DNA from: a virus
Strand: one strand, 5' to 3'
Length of the DNA: 64,000 bases
Virus record (IMG/VR): IMGVR_UViG_3300037487_001316
Location: 70,155 to 134,154 of that record
Part shown: positions 45,491 to 54,765 of the stretch, piece by piece
Numbering within the stretch: the stretch's first letter is position 1
Layout: each line of letters starts with the position of its first letter
Translations under genes and position numbers: made by a program
Notes under the pieces: generated by a model
Told to the model about the DNA's origin: nothing
The model's database searches: none
The model's input: the letters and a program-made list of their open reading frames with translations, nothing else

Positions 45491-45848
45491 TTTAAATGAC
45501 TTTCGAAAGATAATGCTGCCTATGATCCGGCGGATTATCCCATCTATTGTTGCAGCTGAAATAATTGGGGTTCAGCCTATGGCTCCTTTTACTGATTATA
45601 AATATTTATTATTTAAGGATTATCTTGAGGTAGTAAGTAACATGATATCAGTACATACAGCCATCCGTCCATTTATGAGAGAGAATCAACTTGAGCCAAA
45701 CCATCACTATAGACCGTGGTTAGAAGAGCATATTGGAGTGCAAGGTTTAGATTGGAATTGGGATATTCATAGTGTAAATGGTAACTTATTGGCAATAGAT
45801 TTCGCAAATCAAGAAATGGCAACATTATTTGAGCTAACATGGCCATAA
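45480..45848 (+). CDS. Small protein: gp23 Gol-peptide-like N-terminus fused to an F-x-x-x-x-x-A-x-x-F-x-L-x-W domain
   Basis: GTG 45480 after AGGA; MIRRIIPSIVAAEIIGVQPM. Confidence 0.7.
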   Translation: MTSDLNDFRKIMLPMIRRIIPSIVAAEIIGVQPMAPFTDYKYLLFKDYLEVVSNMISVHTAIRPFMRENQLEPNHHYRPWLEEHIGVQGLDWNWDIHSVNGNLLAIDFANQEMATLFELTWP

Positions 45849-45849
45849 A

Positions 45850-46056
45850 ATGAAAATCTATATATGCGATGCACTCGACGAAAAGATAAACGATATGATT
45901 GACTATTGTCATGAGAATAGTTTATCATTAGAAAAATTTGAAAATTTAGATGTAAGCGATGTGTCGGGTAGTTGGGATATGATAGCCACATTTGAATTCA
46001 CAAACGAAGACGATGCGTTGGTATTTAAACTAAGATGGAGTAATAATGGGAATTAA
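45850..46056 (+). CDS. Hypothetical protein (same small family)
   Basis: FEFTNEDDALVFKLRW. Confidence 0.7.
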   Translation: MKIYICDALDEKINDMIDYCHENSLSLEKFENLDVSDVSGSWDMIATFEFTNEDDALVFKLRWSNNGN

Positions 46057-46348
46057 ACAAAGATTTAAACACGCAATTTACAACCTTATAAATTGGGCAA
46101 GATCAGATAATGTCGTAATGGAGCAGGCAACAGCCATCGGGCATAGTAAAAGTCAGGGACATTTATCTGATAGAAATCAAGGTATGAACTTCACTGTGTA
46201 TAGTGCTATCGGTGGGAAAGTAATTCAAATTCACACCTATGATCCAACAACAGATAGAAGCCGTTCAACATTATATATTGTTACAGATAAGGAAGATATG
46301 GGAGAAGAACTTGGCCAGATTATTACCCGCGAAAGTTTAACACGATAA
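46046..46348 (+). CDS. Hypothetical protein
   Basis: ORF in operon. Confidence 0.7.
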   Translation: MGIKQRFKHAIYNLINWARSDNVVMEQATAIGHSKSQGHLSDRNQGMNFTVYSAIGGKVIQIHTYDPTTDRSRSTLYIVTDKEDMGEELGQIITRESLTR

Positions 46349-46836
46349 TGGATGTTCTAAATAAAAAATGGGCAAGTCGTTTATTAAAAATGGCAAGAGA
46401 TGTAGCAACCTGGTCCAAAGATGAATCTACCAAAGTTGGCGCAGTTATTACCACACTAGATGGATCTCCTGTTTCGTGGGGATTTAATGGTATGGCCAAA
46501 GGTATAGATGATACAGTGCCTGAGCGCAAAGAAAGACCACTTAAATATAAATGGATGTGCCATGCAGAACGCAATGCAATGGATTTATCTCCTCAGGGAG
46601 ATTTAACTGATTGTGTTATGTTTGTTACATTTTCTCCTTGTTCAAATTGTGCTCAATCGATCATTCAGCGTGGCATCAGAACAGTTGTGATTGATGCAAA
46701 CTATACAGCAGATAAGTCTCCCGAAAGATGGCAGGAAGATATGTTTATTGCATTAGAGATGATGAAAGAAGCTGGTGTAAATGTATTAGGTGCTTATCCG
46801 GATGCGCCAGTTGACAAGAATACAGACATAGTGTAA
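46348..46836 (+). CDS. dCMP deaminase
   Basis: SKD.STKVGAVI, GFNG, HAE and PCSNC motifs. Confidence 0.92.
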   Translation: MDVLNKKWASRLLKMARDVATWSKDESTKVGAVITTLDGSPVSWGFNGMAKGIDDTVPERKERPLKYKWMCHAERNAMDLSPQGDLTDCVMFVTFSPCSNCAQSIIQRGIRTVVIDANYTADKSPERWQEDMFIALEMMKEAGVNVLGAYPDAPVDKNTDIV

Positions 46837-46839
46837 AAT
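46811..46839 (+). promoter_or_regulatory. Sigma70-like promoter
   Basis: TTGACA-17-TAAAAT. Confidence 0.7.
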
Positions 46840-46873
46840 ATATACTCAACAACCTACTTTTAGAAAGTGTAAT

Positions 46874-47137
46874 ATGATCAAAGTAATTTCCAAGGAACCT
46901 GTGAACCTTAAGGAAAAAAATGCAGCTCATACCTTCCGTGTTACGATCCGCGATCGTGAACATTTCTACAAACTTGTTAATTGGCTGAATACCAATGTCG
47001 GCAAAGGCGAAGACAAGTGGACTATGGAAGGTCGTGTTCTGAAAACCTTAAAGGGCGGCAAGACTGTTAGTCCAAAGATTTATATCTTTAATAGTGAATT
47101 CGATACATCTTCTTCACTATATCTTAGCCTATTGTAA
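46874..47137 (+). CDS. Hypothetical protein
   Basis: ORF after the promoter; WL..NVG....W motif. Confidence 0.7.
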   Translation: MIKVISKEPVNLKEKNAAHTFRVTIRDREHFYKLVNWLNTNVGKGEDKWTMEGRVLKTLKGGKTVSPKIYIFNSEFDTSSSLYLSLL

Positions 47138-47409
47138 TGGCGAGTTATCCCTTCAATACTATTTCTACTACAACAGGTGAAAAAGTTCATCTTAAATTTA
47201 TTGAATCTTTCAGAGAGATAAAATCTGAAGAGGACGAGATTATAGATAAACTTAAAGGCGATATAGGGGTTATTATACGCACTGTATCTGGTGCAGAATA
47301 TATACTATCAATGAATAGTATAAAAATGGTAGTAGGAGATAAGGTAACATATAATGAGGCATTTAATGCCCTGTCCGAAAGATGGTCTACGATTCACATT
47401 ATGAGATAA
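47137..47409 (+). CDS. Hypothetical protein
   Basis: Coupled ORF. Confidence 0.65.
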   Translation: MASYPFNTISTTTGEKVHLKFIESFREIKSEEDEIIDKLKGDIGVIIRTVSGAEYILSMNSIKMVVGDKVTYNEAFNALSERWSTIHIMR

Positions 47410-47422
47410 CCAGGAGAAGTAA

Positions 47423-47665
47423 ATGAAGCAACAAGGAAGATGCATTGTCGGTGACCCGGTAAGAATCGATAGCTATACTTCTGATTGGATGTCTGTAAGA
47501 TTACACCCCGGTGTATTCTATCGCAGGCACGAAGAATTCCAGAAGGGGTTTAAAACTGTAAAAGGTTTATATGCTGAAATCGACATGGGCCAGTTTGTTG
47601 TTATTCGTTTCTCAGAAAAGGCTGATATGACAGCGTTCCATAAGAGACATCACGAGTATGTATGA
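47423..47665 (+). CDS. Hypothetical protein
   Basis: AGGAG RBS; IRFSEKADMTAF. Confidence 0.7.
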   Translation: MKQQGRCIVGDPVRIDSYTSDWMSVRLHPGVFYRRHEEFQKGFKTVKGLYAEIDMGQFVVIRFSEKADMTAFHKRHHEYV

Positions 47666-48084
47666 TTACGAAATTGTTACATACTCGTACTAAGATATTT
47701 TTCTCTAATCCCTATGTTATTAGAATAGAATATAAGGATAATCAGTCTGAGTCCGATATCAGGGCCGATTACAGAAAGATTACACGAAATGCCTATAAGT
47801 TAATAACGGGCACATGGGGATATTCTGAATTAGAACATGAATTTATTACCCCAAGATCGCCAAATCCTGCATTATTAGCAGGTAGTAATGGTACTTCAAT
47901 GAATCAAGTTCTTTGGGCATTATCGGATGATTCGATTTTTGTATATCGTGGATATTTCTGTTTTAAAGATGAGCTTGATGCATTACAGTTTAGACTTACC
48001 ATAGATACGCGAGCAATTCAAGTAAAAATGTGGCCCACCTTATGGTTCACTATCCATGAGATTGTAGAAATAGATGAATCTTGA
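47662..48084 (+). CDS. Hypothetical protein
   Basis: FCFKDELDALQFRL. Confidence 0.7.
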   Translation: MITKLLHTRTKIFFSNPYVIRIEYKDNQSESDIRADYRKITRNAYKLITGTWGYSELEHEFITPRSPNPALLAGSNGTSMNQVLWALSDDSIFVYRGYFCFKDELDALQFRLTIDTRAIQVKMWPTLWFTIHEIVEIDES

Positions 48085-48667
48085 TTTATATACAGAGGAA
48101 TTTAGGAACTTCAAATACCTGAAGTGCCCATCTGCGTATATTAATTATTATAAGAAAGTTTCACATCAGATAAATTCAGTTCAGTCCGGAACTGAAGCTA
48201 ACGATCCTAATTTTGTTTGGCCTTGCCGTCTCGAATTTATAGAACAATTATTAGATTTACAAGATAGTATTGTTTATCTTGTAGAAGCAGGTATGCTTTA
48301 TAATCAAAAAGATAGACAGATATATGACTATGAGGCTGCAAGATTATGTGAGATTATAAATCCCATAATTTATCAAGGCAGTATGTTATCACCCGAAACG
48401 GGAAGAATAGCAACATTAGAGGATATACCTATTATAGAAGATAAGAACAGAAATAAAGAATATATTCTATGTCCGGGAAAATATTATACTGATATGAAAG
48501 ATTTTCAGGCATTTTCATTAGATCAAAACCCGTTAATACCTACTAACCTTATAACATATAATGCTATGTTTTATGATAAAGAAGTGGCCGAAAAGTATCA
48601 ACTTGCAGTTACTATATTTCTCAGAAAGAATATTGGGGCCTTATCAGCAATAACGACATTGTTTTAA
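48074..48667 (+). CDS. Hypothetical protein
   Basis: Coupled ORF. Confidence 0.65.
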   Translation: MNLDLYTEEFRNFKYLKCPSAYINYYKKVSHQINSVQSGTEANDPNFVWPCRLEFIEQLLDLQDSIVYLVEAGMLYNQKDRQIYDYEAARLCEIINPIIYQGSMLSPETGRIATLEDIPIIEDKNRNKEYILCPGKYYTDMKDFQAFSLDQNPLIPTNLITYNAMFYDKEVAEKYQLAVTIFLRKNIGALSAITTLF

Positions 48668-48701
48668 TGCTTACATAAATATATAGAATTAAGGACACAT
48701 A

Positions 48702-48950
48702 ATGCACCCTTTTCTAGATGTAAGTAAATTAACTGATGAAGAAATTATCGAAAGGTTGGGTAAAGCCTATACTTATATGAATGCACAGGTAGCATTAGGT
48801 CATAACCCGACTGTATTTAGTATCAAAGAAGTAATCCAATCTCTAGAAGACGAGAGGCGAGATAGACAGCAGCGTAATATGGATGAAGAATTTAAGAAAA
48901 AATACCCTGATACAAATAAGCCTCTTGAATTAGGAAAATTGGAAGATTAA
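48702..48950 (+). CDS. Hypothetical protein
   Basis: CATAAATA at 48674; AAGGA RBS. Confidence 0.7.
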   Translation: MHPFLDVSKLTDEEIIERLGKAYTYMNAQVALGHNPTVFSIKEVIQSLEDERRDRQQRNMDEEFKKKYPDTNKPLELGKLED

Positions 48951-48958
48951 GGATTGTT

Positions 48959-49672
48959 ATGATAAAAAAGGGTAGACATCTTATTAAAAGTCATATGACA
49001 TTGGAATATGATTTTACAGGAATTAGAATTCAAGATGGTTCTTTAACTCCCGTTGATTGGAAATTAATGGTGAATCTTGTTGCTACTGGTAAGAAAGGAA
49101 AATCAAAAGAAGATATTGAATATGATGCGGGAACTACATTTCAGAAAATCTATTTTTGGTTAGATACGAATTTACCAAATATTGTTGTGGTTGATGTTGC
49201 AAATGAGGATGATTTGTATATTGCGAATCTATCAACAAATATAATGATGTATTGCCCGGATAGTCCGAGTGATGATTTATTAATACAGTTACTACATTCT
49301 AAAATATCTTCGTTAGCAGGCTCAGATTTAATTGTTGGTGAAATACAATTAAAAGGCAGTGATACATCATTAAGGTATACATATGATTGTCCTGATACAG
49401 GGTATCTATTACCGATGAGCACTGCTGAATACTATATAGAAGGTACAACAAGAGATAAAGATCCTTGGTGGACTAGAGATGACGGGTTTTGTTTCGAATT
49501 TGTCAGACCTACTGATAATAAACAAACAGATGAAGAATTGTTTAGTGACATTATTGATCCAATGGATGAATTTCAGCGTATTATTGCTGAAGTATCGGAT
49601 ATGCATATGGGGATAATGAGAGAACCAGCTAGAATAGTACAGGTAGAAAAATGGAAACCAAAGACGGTGTAG
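48959..49672 (+). CDS. Hypothetical protein
   Basis: ORF with AAGGA RBS. Confidence 0.7.
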   Translation: MIKKGRHLIKSHMTLEYDFTGIRIQDGSLTPVDWKLMVNLVATGKKGKSKEDIEYDAGTTFQKIYFWLDTNLPNIVVVDVANEDDLYIANLSTNIMMYCPDSPSDDLLIQLLHSKISSLAGSDLIVGEIQLKGSDTSLRYTYDCPDTGYLLPMSTAEYYIEGTTRDKDPWWTRDDGFCFEFVRPTDNKQTDEELFSDIIDPMDEFQRIIAEVSDMHMGIMREPARIVQVEKWKPKTV

Positions 49673-50184
49673 CAGTGAATATGTATGGTCAAGCCATACT
49701 ATCTAGTAACAATCTAAGAGATCTTTTACTACAAGGTAAGAATATAAGTCACCTGAATGTTATACAGGATGAAGAAATAGATTTATTTCAGGAATATCAA
49801 TCTACTCTATTACCAGAAGTAATTACATTTTTAGATGCGCCAGAAGAAAAGTTAACATTTGATGAATTTCACCAGGTATGTGCAGACGAATGGGTGTTTC
49901 CTGTAGTCTATCAACAAATAGATGTTCATACTTGGTTGCTTGATAAATGTAAGACGCAAGAAGAAATTGATCGTGTAAATGAAGAATATATCCTCTATGA
50001 AGAGCGTGATTTAGTTATGCTATTAAGGCTTTTTATATTTCTTGTTGATTATATGAGGAAGAACAAATTCATATGGGGTGTAGGTCGCGGATCCAGCGTT
50101 TCTTCCTACTGTTTATATTTGATAGGCGTTCATCGTGTGAATAGCTTACTCTATCAGCTCGATATTCACGATTATTTAAAGTAA
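49651..50184 (+). CDS. Stand-alone fragment of DNA polymerase III alpha (C-family palm segment)
   Basis: RV.EE...Y...LVDYMR...WGVGRGSSVSSYCLYLIGV matches the DnaE G-x-GRGS motif. Confidence 0.8.
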   Translation: METKDGVAVNMYGQAILSSNNLRDLLLQGKNISHLNVIQDEEIDLFQEYQSTLLPEVITFLDAPEEKLTFDEFHQVCADEWVFPVVYQQIDVHTWLLDKCKTQEEIDRVNEEYILYEERDLVMLLRLFIFLVDYMRKNKFIWGVGRGSSVSSYCLYLIGVHRVNSLLYQLDIHDYLK

Positions 50185-50210
50185 TCGGTGTTCACCGGAT
50201 AAATACTATT

Positions 50211-50960
50211 ATGATTTATTATGTTTATATTCTGCGAGATCCAAGGAAAGAGAATGAACCATTCTATGTTGGTAAAGGTAAGGACAAGAGAGCCAAATCT
50301 CATACAAACAGTAATAATGATGATAATCCATTTAAGACAAATGTTATTAACAAAATTAAGGCTGCAGGGTTGGAACCTATTATAGAGTACCATAGTGAAA
50401 ATCTTACAGAGGGTATTGCATTTATACAAGAAATCTCGTTAATAAAAAAATATGGCCGCCGCGATTTAGGTCTTGGTCCGTTGACAAATCTTACAGATGG
50501 CGGCGAAGGGTCATCTGGTCATATAAGATCAGAGGAAGCACAGGAAAAGTGGTACAAAAGTAGGAAAGCCAGTGGATACAAACACTCAATTGATGTAATA
50601 GATAAGATAGCAAAATCGAACACAGGTAAGAGCAGATCGGAAGAAACAAAACGCAAATTATCGGAATCTCACATAGGTAAGATTCAAACAGCAGACTCTA
50701 ATCAAAAACGATCAATCGCATTGAAGGGAAGAACTATTCCCGAAGAACAAAAATTATTTTTAAGCGAGAGCAGAATGGGAGAAAATAACCCTATGTTTGG
50801 AAAGGAGTCACCGATGAAAGGTAAGACTCACAGTGAAGAATCGAAGAATAAGATAAAAGAAGCGAGATCAAGACAGATTATAACAGAAGAGACAAAGAGA
50901 AAAATGTCTGAAGCACATAAACTCAGACATCAACTAAGAAAAGAAAAGGAAGTAATATGA
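50211..50960 (+). CDS. Free-standing GIY-YIG-type homing endonuclease with NUMOD3 repeats
   Basis: YYVYILRDP...FYVGKG...R, LTNLTDGGEG, GENNPMFGK and HSEESK motifs. Confidence 0.85.
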   Translation: MIYYVYILRDPRKENEPFYVGKGKDKRAKSHTNSNNDDNPFKTNVINKIKAAGLEPIIEYHSENLTEGIAFIQEISLIKKYGRRDLGLGPLTNLTDGGEGSSGHIRSEEAQEKWYKSRKASGYKHSIDVIDKIAKSNTGKSRSEETKRKLSESHIGKIQTADSNQKRSIALKGRTIPEEQKLFLSESRMGENNPMFGKESPMKGKTHSEESKNKIKEARSRQIITEETKRKMSEAHKLRHQLRKEKEVI

Positions 50961-51136
50961 ACTCACGACAATATGCAAAAATGATGAAAGAGGCGTGTGA
51001 CGAAACATTGACTAATGCAGGTATTCTCGAGTATAATACCGTATGTCTTAGTGCAGATCGAACTGAATACGAAGTCACATTTAAAGATGGATCTGTCAGG
51101 ATTATCGAAAGCGGGTTTGAATACTTCGAAGATTAA
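50957..51136 (+). CDS. Small hypothetical protein (59 aa, not in ORF track)
   Basis: AAGGA RBS; ATGA overlap with the upstream stop; MNSRQYAKMM...FEYFED. Confidence 0.65.
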   Translation: MNSRQYAKMMKEACDETLTNAGILEYNTVCLSADRTEYEVTFKDGSVRIIESGFEYFED

Positions 51137-51158
51137 ATTAAAATAAGGAAAAGAAAAT

Positions 51159-51521
51159 ATGAGTCGACATGTAACATACCGCGGAACCACAATAGATATG
51201 GAATCTTTGAGCCGCGAAAATGAAAAAGTTCCGGCAATCGGAAATATGAAGGTTAATGCTAAGGGTGACCAGATTAATCGCGGAGTGGTAACGAAGACAG
51301 CAGATCAAATTGCGAGAGAAAATCACCGCGTTCAATCTGTTATTGTTAATACAGGATTAAAAGGTAAACAACCTGTTGCACCAGACGTTTCGGTGGAGCC
51401 ACCGAAGCCTGCAAAAACTAAAGCACCGGTACCACCGAAAGCACCGGCAAAAACTCTACCTAAGGAAACAGAATTACCATCAGGTGATATTATTGTCGAA
51501 GGGGATTCTAGTGCAAATTAA
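51159..51521 (+). CDS. Hypothetical protein
   Basis: RG..IDM...AIGNMKVNAKGD motif; Pro/Lys tail. Confidence 0.7.
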   Translation: MSRHVTYRGTTIDMESLSRENEKVPAIGNMKVNAKGDQINRGVVTKTADQIARENHRVQSVIVNTGLKGKQPVAPDVSVEPPKPAKTKAPVPPKAPAKTLPKETELPSGDIIVEGDSSAN

Positions 51522-51855
51522 AGCATTAAAAGGTAAGGTACTTGTTACAGATTTAGAACGTGGTTCTAGACTTATCAATGGAATTATTATTCCCGACGAT
51601 AACGGTAAGAGCGAAGGCATCCGACCACGTTGGGGAAGAGTATATTCTGTAGGTGAAGATGTGACAGAAATTACTCCAGGACAATGGATTCTTATCGAAA
51701 ATGGCCGTTGGACTAGAATGTTGAAGGTTAAAGAGGATGATGGATCTCATACTCAGGTATGGGGTGTAGAATGGCCCAAATCTGTTATGCTTGTATCAGA
51801 CGAAGATCCAGAGATGAATATATTTTCGGTATTTACAACTTCACACGCATTTTAA
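51511..51855 (+). CDS. groES: GroES-like co-chaperonin
   Basis: IKALKGKVLV...GIIIPD...GRVYSVG...PGQWIL; GTG start after GGGGA. Confidence 0.8.
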   Translation: MQIKALKGKVLVTDLERGSRLINGIIIPDDNGKSEGIRPRWGRVYSVGEDVTEITPGQWILIENGRWTRMLKVKEDDGSHTQVWGVEWPKSVMLVSDEDPEMNIFSVFTTSHAF

Positions 51856-51928
51856 GAAAGATTTATGGATCGAAATAATATGTTATTTTAGTCCATAGTG
51901 ATAAATACCTCTATAGCTGGGGGTAATT

Positions 51929-52729
51929 ATGAGCGCAGGCGGATGGAATAAAGGCATTAAGAATTCCACAGGTGTTGGCTTCAAAGGCAAACACCATTCT
52001 GAGGAATCTATAGAGAAATTAAAAAGCAGGCCTAAGGAAATTTATAAGAAACCACAGGCGTTTGATTATACAGGACAAGAGTTGTGTAATTATGGTTGTG
52101 GACAAGTAGCTAAATATCGGTTTAAGGGTGGTAAGTTATGTTGTTCGATATCGCATAACTCTTGTCCAAAGAAAAGATCAAACTTTAGTGACTTAGATGC
52201 CACAGAAAGATGTCGTAAATCATTGGCTGTGAGATTAGAATCTGGCGCAACAAAACGTGGTAGCGAAAAGGCACAAAAAACTATGAGAGAGAACGAAACA
52301 TATAAACTTATAGGAGAAAAGAATAAATTAGCCTGGGAAAAAAATCCTTGGAATAATTTAGGACCACGCGGAGAATGGAAGATGTATAAAGACACAAATA
52401 CCCCATATCAATCTACATATGAATATTGTTTCTTAGAGGACTTGGAAAATAAGAATGGGATCAAATGGATAATCGATAATGTTAGACGCGGCCCGTCAGT
52501 CTGGTATATAGATCCAAAGACATTAACAAAACGGTTGTATATAAGTGATTACATAATGTATAATACAATTTATGAGATAAAGAGTTCATATACGTGGAAT
52601 CGAAAAGGTAAGGATTTAGATCTAGAAAATCTAAATAGAGCCAAATTAGATGAGTGTGTAACTCGGGGATATAAGGTTATATTGGTTTTAGATAAAAAGG
52701 ATATAGAATATGCGCCAACTTTGGAGTGA
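51929..52729 (+). CDS. Free-standing putative homing endonuclease (NUMOD3-like + Cys cluster + PD-(D/E)XK domain)
   Basis: GKHHSEES, CNYGCG...CC...C, YQSTYE...YISD...IYEIKS; late promoter at 51900. Confidence 0.7.
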   Translation: MSAGGWNKGIKNSTGVGFKGKHHSEESIEKLKSRPKEIYKKPQAFDYTGQELCNYGCGQVAKYRFKGGKLCCSISHNSCPKKRSNFSDLDATERCRKSLAVRLESGATKRGSEKAQKTMRENETYKLIGEKNKLAWEKNPWNNLGPRGEWKMYKDTNTPYQSTYEYCFLEDLENKNGIKWIIDNVRRGPSVWYIDPKTLTKRLYISDYIMYNTIYEIKSSYTWNRKGKDLDLENLNRAKLDECVTRGYKVILVLDKKDIEYAPTLE

Positions 52730-53648
52730 GAAATATCGCCCCAGACATATTAAAGATTATGTCTTTAAAGATGAGAAACAGAAAAAGCAAATAGCTAAAT
52801 GGATAGAAGGCGGCGCCTTACCACACATGCTATTATCGGGTTCGCCCGGAACTGGTAAATCTACACTTGTTAAAGTATTACTAAACGAGTTGAATGTAGA
52901 CCCATTTGATGTGTTAGAAGTCAACGCTTCTAAAGACAACGGTGTAGATTTTATTAGAGAGAAAATTACTAATTTTTCTGAAACAATGGGTGTAGGAGAA
53001 ATAAAATATATTTTCTTAGATGAGGCCGATGGCTTATCTCCGCCAGCGCAGGGTGTATTAAGGGGCACGTTAGAAAAATATGCCGCATCCGTGAGATTCC
53101 TTCTTACATGCAATTATCCGCATAAGATTATCGATGCAATTAAATCCCGTTGTGAAATAGGTCGTATGCATATTGAAAAATTAGATACAAGCGAATTTTA
53201 CATGAGATTAGTTGATGTTTTAGATAGGGAAAGTGTTGATATCGATCCCGATGCGTTAGAGGCTATAGTGCAGAAGACATATCCTGACTTACGCCGTGGT
53301 ATTAGCATGATTCAAGCTAATTCCTTTAATGGAAAACTAAATTCTCCAGATGCTGATAGTGAAGTTGTATCTGATTATAAAATAGATATGATTACACTGT
53401 TTAAAGCAGGTAGATATACAGAAGCTCGAAAACTAATATGTGAAAAAGTTGGAAGAGAAGAATACGAAGATATCTACACTTTCATGTATCAGAATTTAGA
53501 TGTATGGGGCGAAAGCGATGAAAAACAGAATAAGTGTATCCTTACTATTAGAGATGGCTTGGTAAAACATACGATGTGTGCAGATGTAGAAATAAATCTT
53601 TCTGCTACACTTGTCGAACTTGAAATGGTTGCTAAAGGACTAATATGA
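52710..53648 (+). CDS. Sliding clamp loader ATPase subunit (gp44/RFC-like)
   Basis: WSEKYRP, GSPGTGKS, NAS, LDEAD, SRC and PDLRR motifs. Confidence 0.93.
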   Translation: MRQLWSEKYRPRHIKDYVFKDEKQKKQIAKWIEGGALPHMLLSGSPGTGKSTLVKVLLNELNVDPFDVLEVNASKDNGVDFIREKITNFSETMGVGEIKYIFLDEADGLSPPAQGVLRGTLEKYAASVRFLLTCNYPHKIIDAIKSRCEIGRMHIEKLDTSEFYMRLVDVLDRESVDIDPDALEAIVQKTYPDLRRGISMIQANSFNGKLNSPDADSEVVSDYKIDMITLFKAGRYTEARKLICEKVGREEYEDIYTFMYQNLDVWGESDEKQNKCILTIRDGLVKHTMCADVEINLSATLVELEMVAKGLI

Positions 53649-54001
53649 GTAAAGAAAAGATTTTTATTGTGTTATCGCATAAACATAGCTTGAAGAAGGG
53701 TTCGCAGACTGAATGGGAACTTACTGAAACAGTTGAGTTTGTAAATCAACTAAGAAACAGACATATAAGTATGTCAGTTGCGATAGGAGACTATCTTAAC
53801 AGAAAGATGCAGAGTGGCTCGCGTCACGGTATAGTGGACTACTCTAAGTTCGAAGATTACATTAGAACAAAGTATGGAAAACAATTAGCAGAACTCGATG
53901 CTGCATATAGAACTCAGCAGGTTGTAGAAGAACCAGGACAAGAGGTATTTTCGGATTCGTTTGGTAATATCCGCGCCCGCACAGTATTTGATCCTGCATA
54001 A
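53645..54001 (+). CDS. Hypothetical protein
   Basis: Coupled ORF. Confidence 0.7.
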   Translation: MSKEKIFIVLSHKHSLKKGSQTEWELTETVEFVNQLRNRHISMSVAIGDYLNRKMQSGSRHGIVDYSKFEDYIRTKYGKQLAELDAAYRTQQVVEEPGQEVFSDSFGNIRARTVFDPA

Positions 54002-54004
54002 ATT

Positions 54005-54181
54005 ATGAGTGATATTATTAGTGCCATACACGATGATATGGAAGAATATGAATATCTTTGTGAAAAATATAATGAACAACCTCAACATAAGCAAGACAAT
54101 TGGGGTAACAAATTATTAGACTGCTATGGAGAACATGCGAAAGAATTACTCAACTGTAATAGGAAAGAATGGATAAAATAA
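54005..54181 (+). CDS. Small hypothetical protein (58 aa, not in ORF track)
   Basis: ATG 54005 to TAA 54181 fills the gap; MSDIISAIHDD...EWIK. Confidence 0.6.
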   Translation: MSDIISAIHDDMEEYEYLCEKYNEQPQHKQDNWGNKLLDCYGEHAKELLNCNRKEWIK

Positions 54182-54765
54182 TTTTAACAGATGCCGATGG
54201 ATGCTTAGTTGATTGGAATGCTGGCTTCAACAAGTTTATGGATAAGCGCGGTATGCCACAATTGCCTAATACAGACGACAAGTATCTACTTTCTCTTAGA
54301 CACGGAATTTCTTCATCACTTGCTACAGAACTTGTTACAGAATTTAACGAAGGCCCGTGTATTGAAAATCTAGAACCCTTTGCAGATGCGGTTAAATATG
54401 TTAAGAAGCTTGCCGACAAAGGATTCAGATTTATTGTTGTCACAAGTATTAGTGATGCACCGCAAGCAAAAGTCTTTAGAACAAGAAACTTAACTGCTAT
54501 TTTTGGTGATGTATTTGATGAAATCAACTGTATTGAAATGGGCGCAAGTAAGGCTCATATTTTAAAGAATTGGCAAGATACAGGTTATTTCTGGATCGAA
54601 GATCATATGCGGCAGGCCGAAGCTGGTTATGAAGCTGGACTACGCACAGCATTGATTAGCCATCCGTATAATTCGCACTATAAAACAGATCTATTCCCTA
54701 CGGTTAGCTATAAGTCTCCATGGGAAGAAATATATAACATGGTATGTAAGGAATATAATCTGTAA
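54169..54765 (+). CDS. HAD-superfamily phosphatase/nucleotidase (T4 gp30.2-like)
   Basis: LTDADGCLVDW, VVTS, K and WIEDH motifs. Confidence 0.8.
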   Translation: MDKIILTDADGCLVDWNAGFNKFMDKRGMPQLPNTDDKYLLSLRHGISSSLATELVTEFNEGPCIENLEPFADAVKYVKKLADKGFRFIVVTSISDAPQAKVFRTRNLTAIFGDVFDEINCIEMGASKAHILKNWQDTGYFWIEDHMRQAEAGYEAGLRTALISHPYNSHYKTDLFPTVSYKSPWEEIYNMVCKEYNL

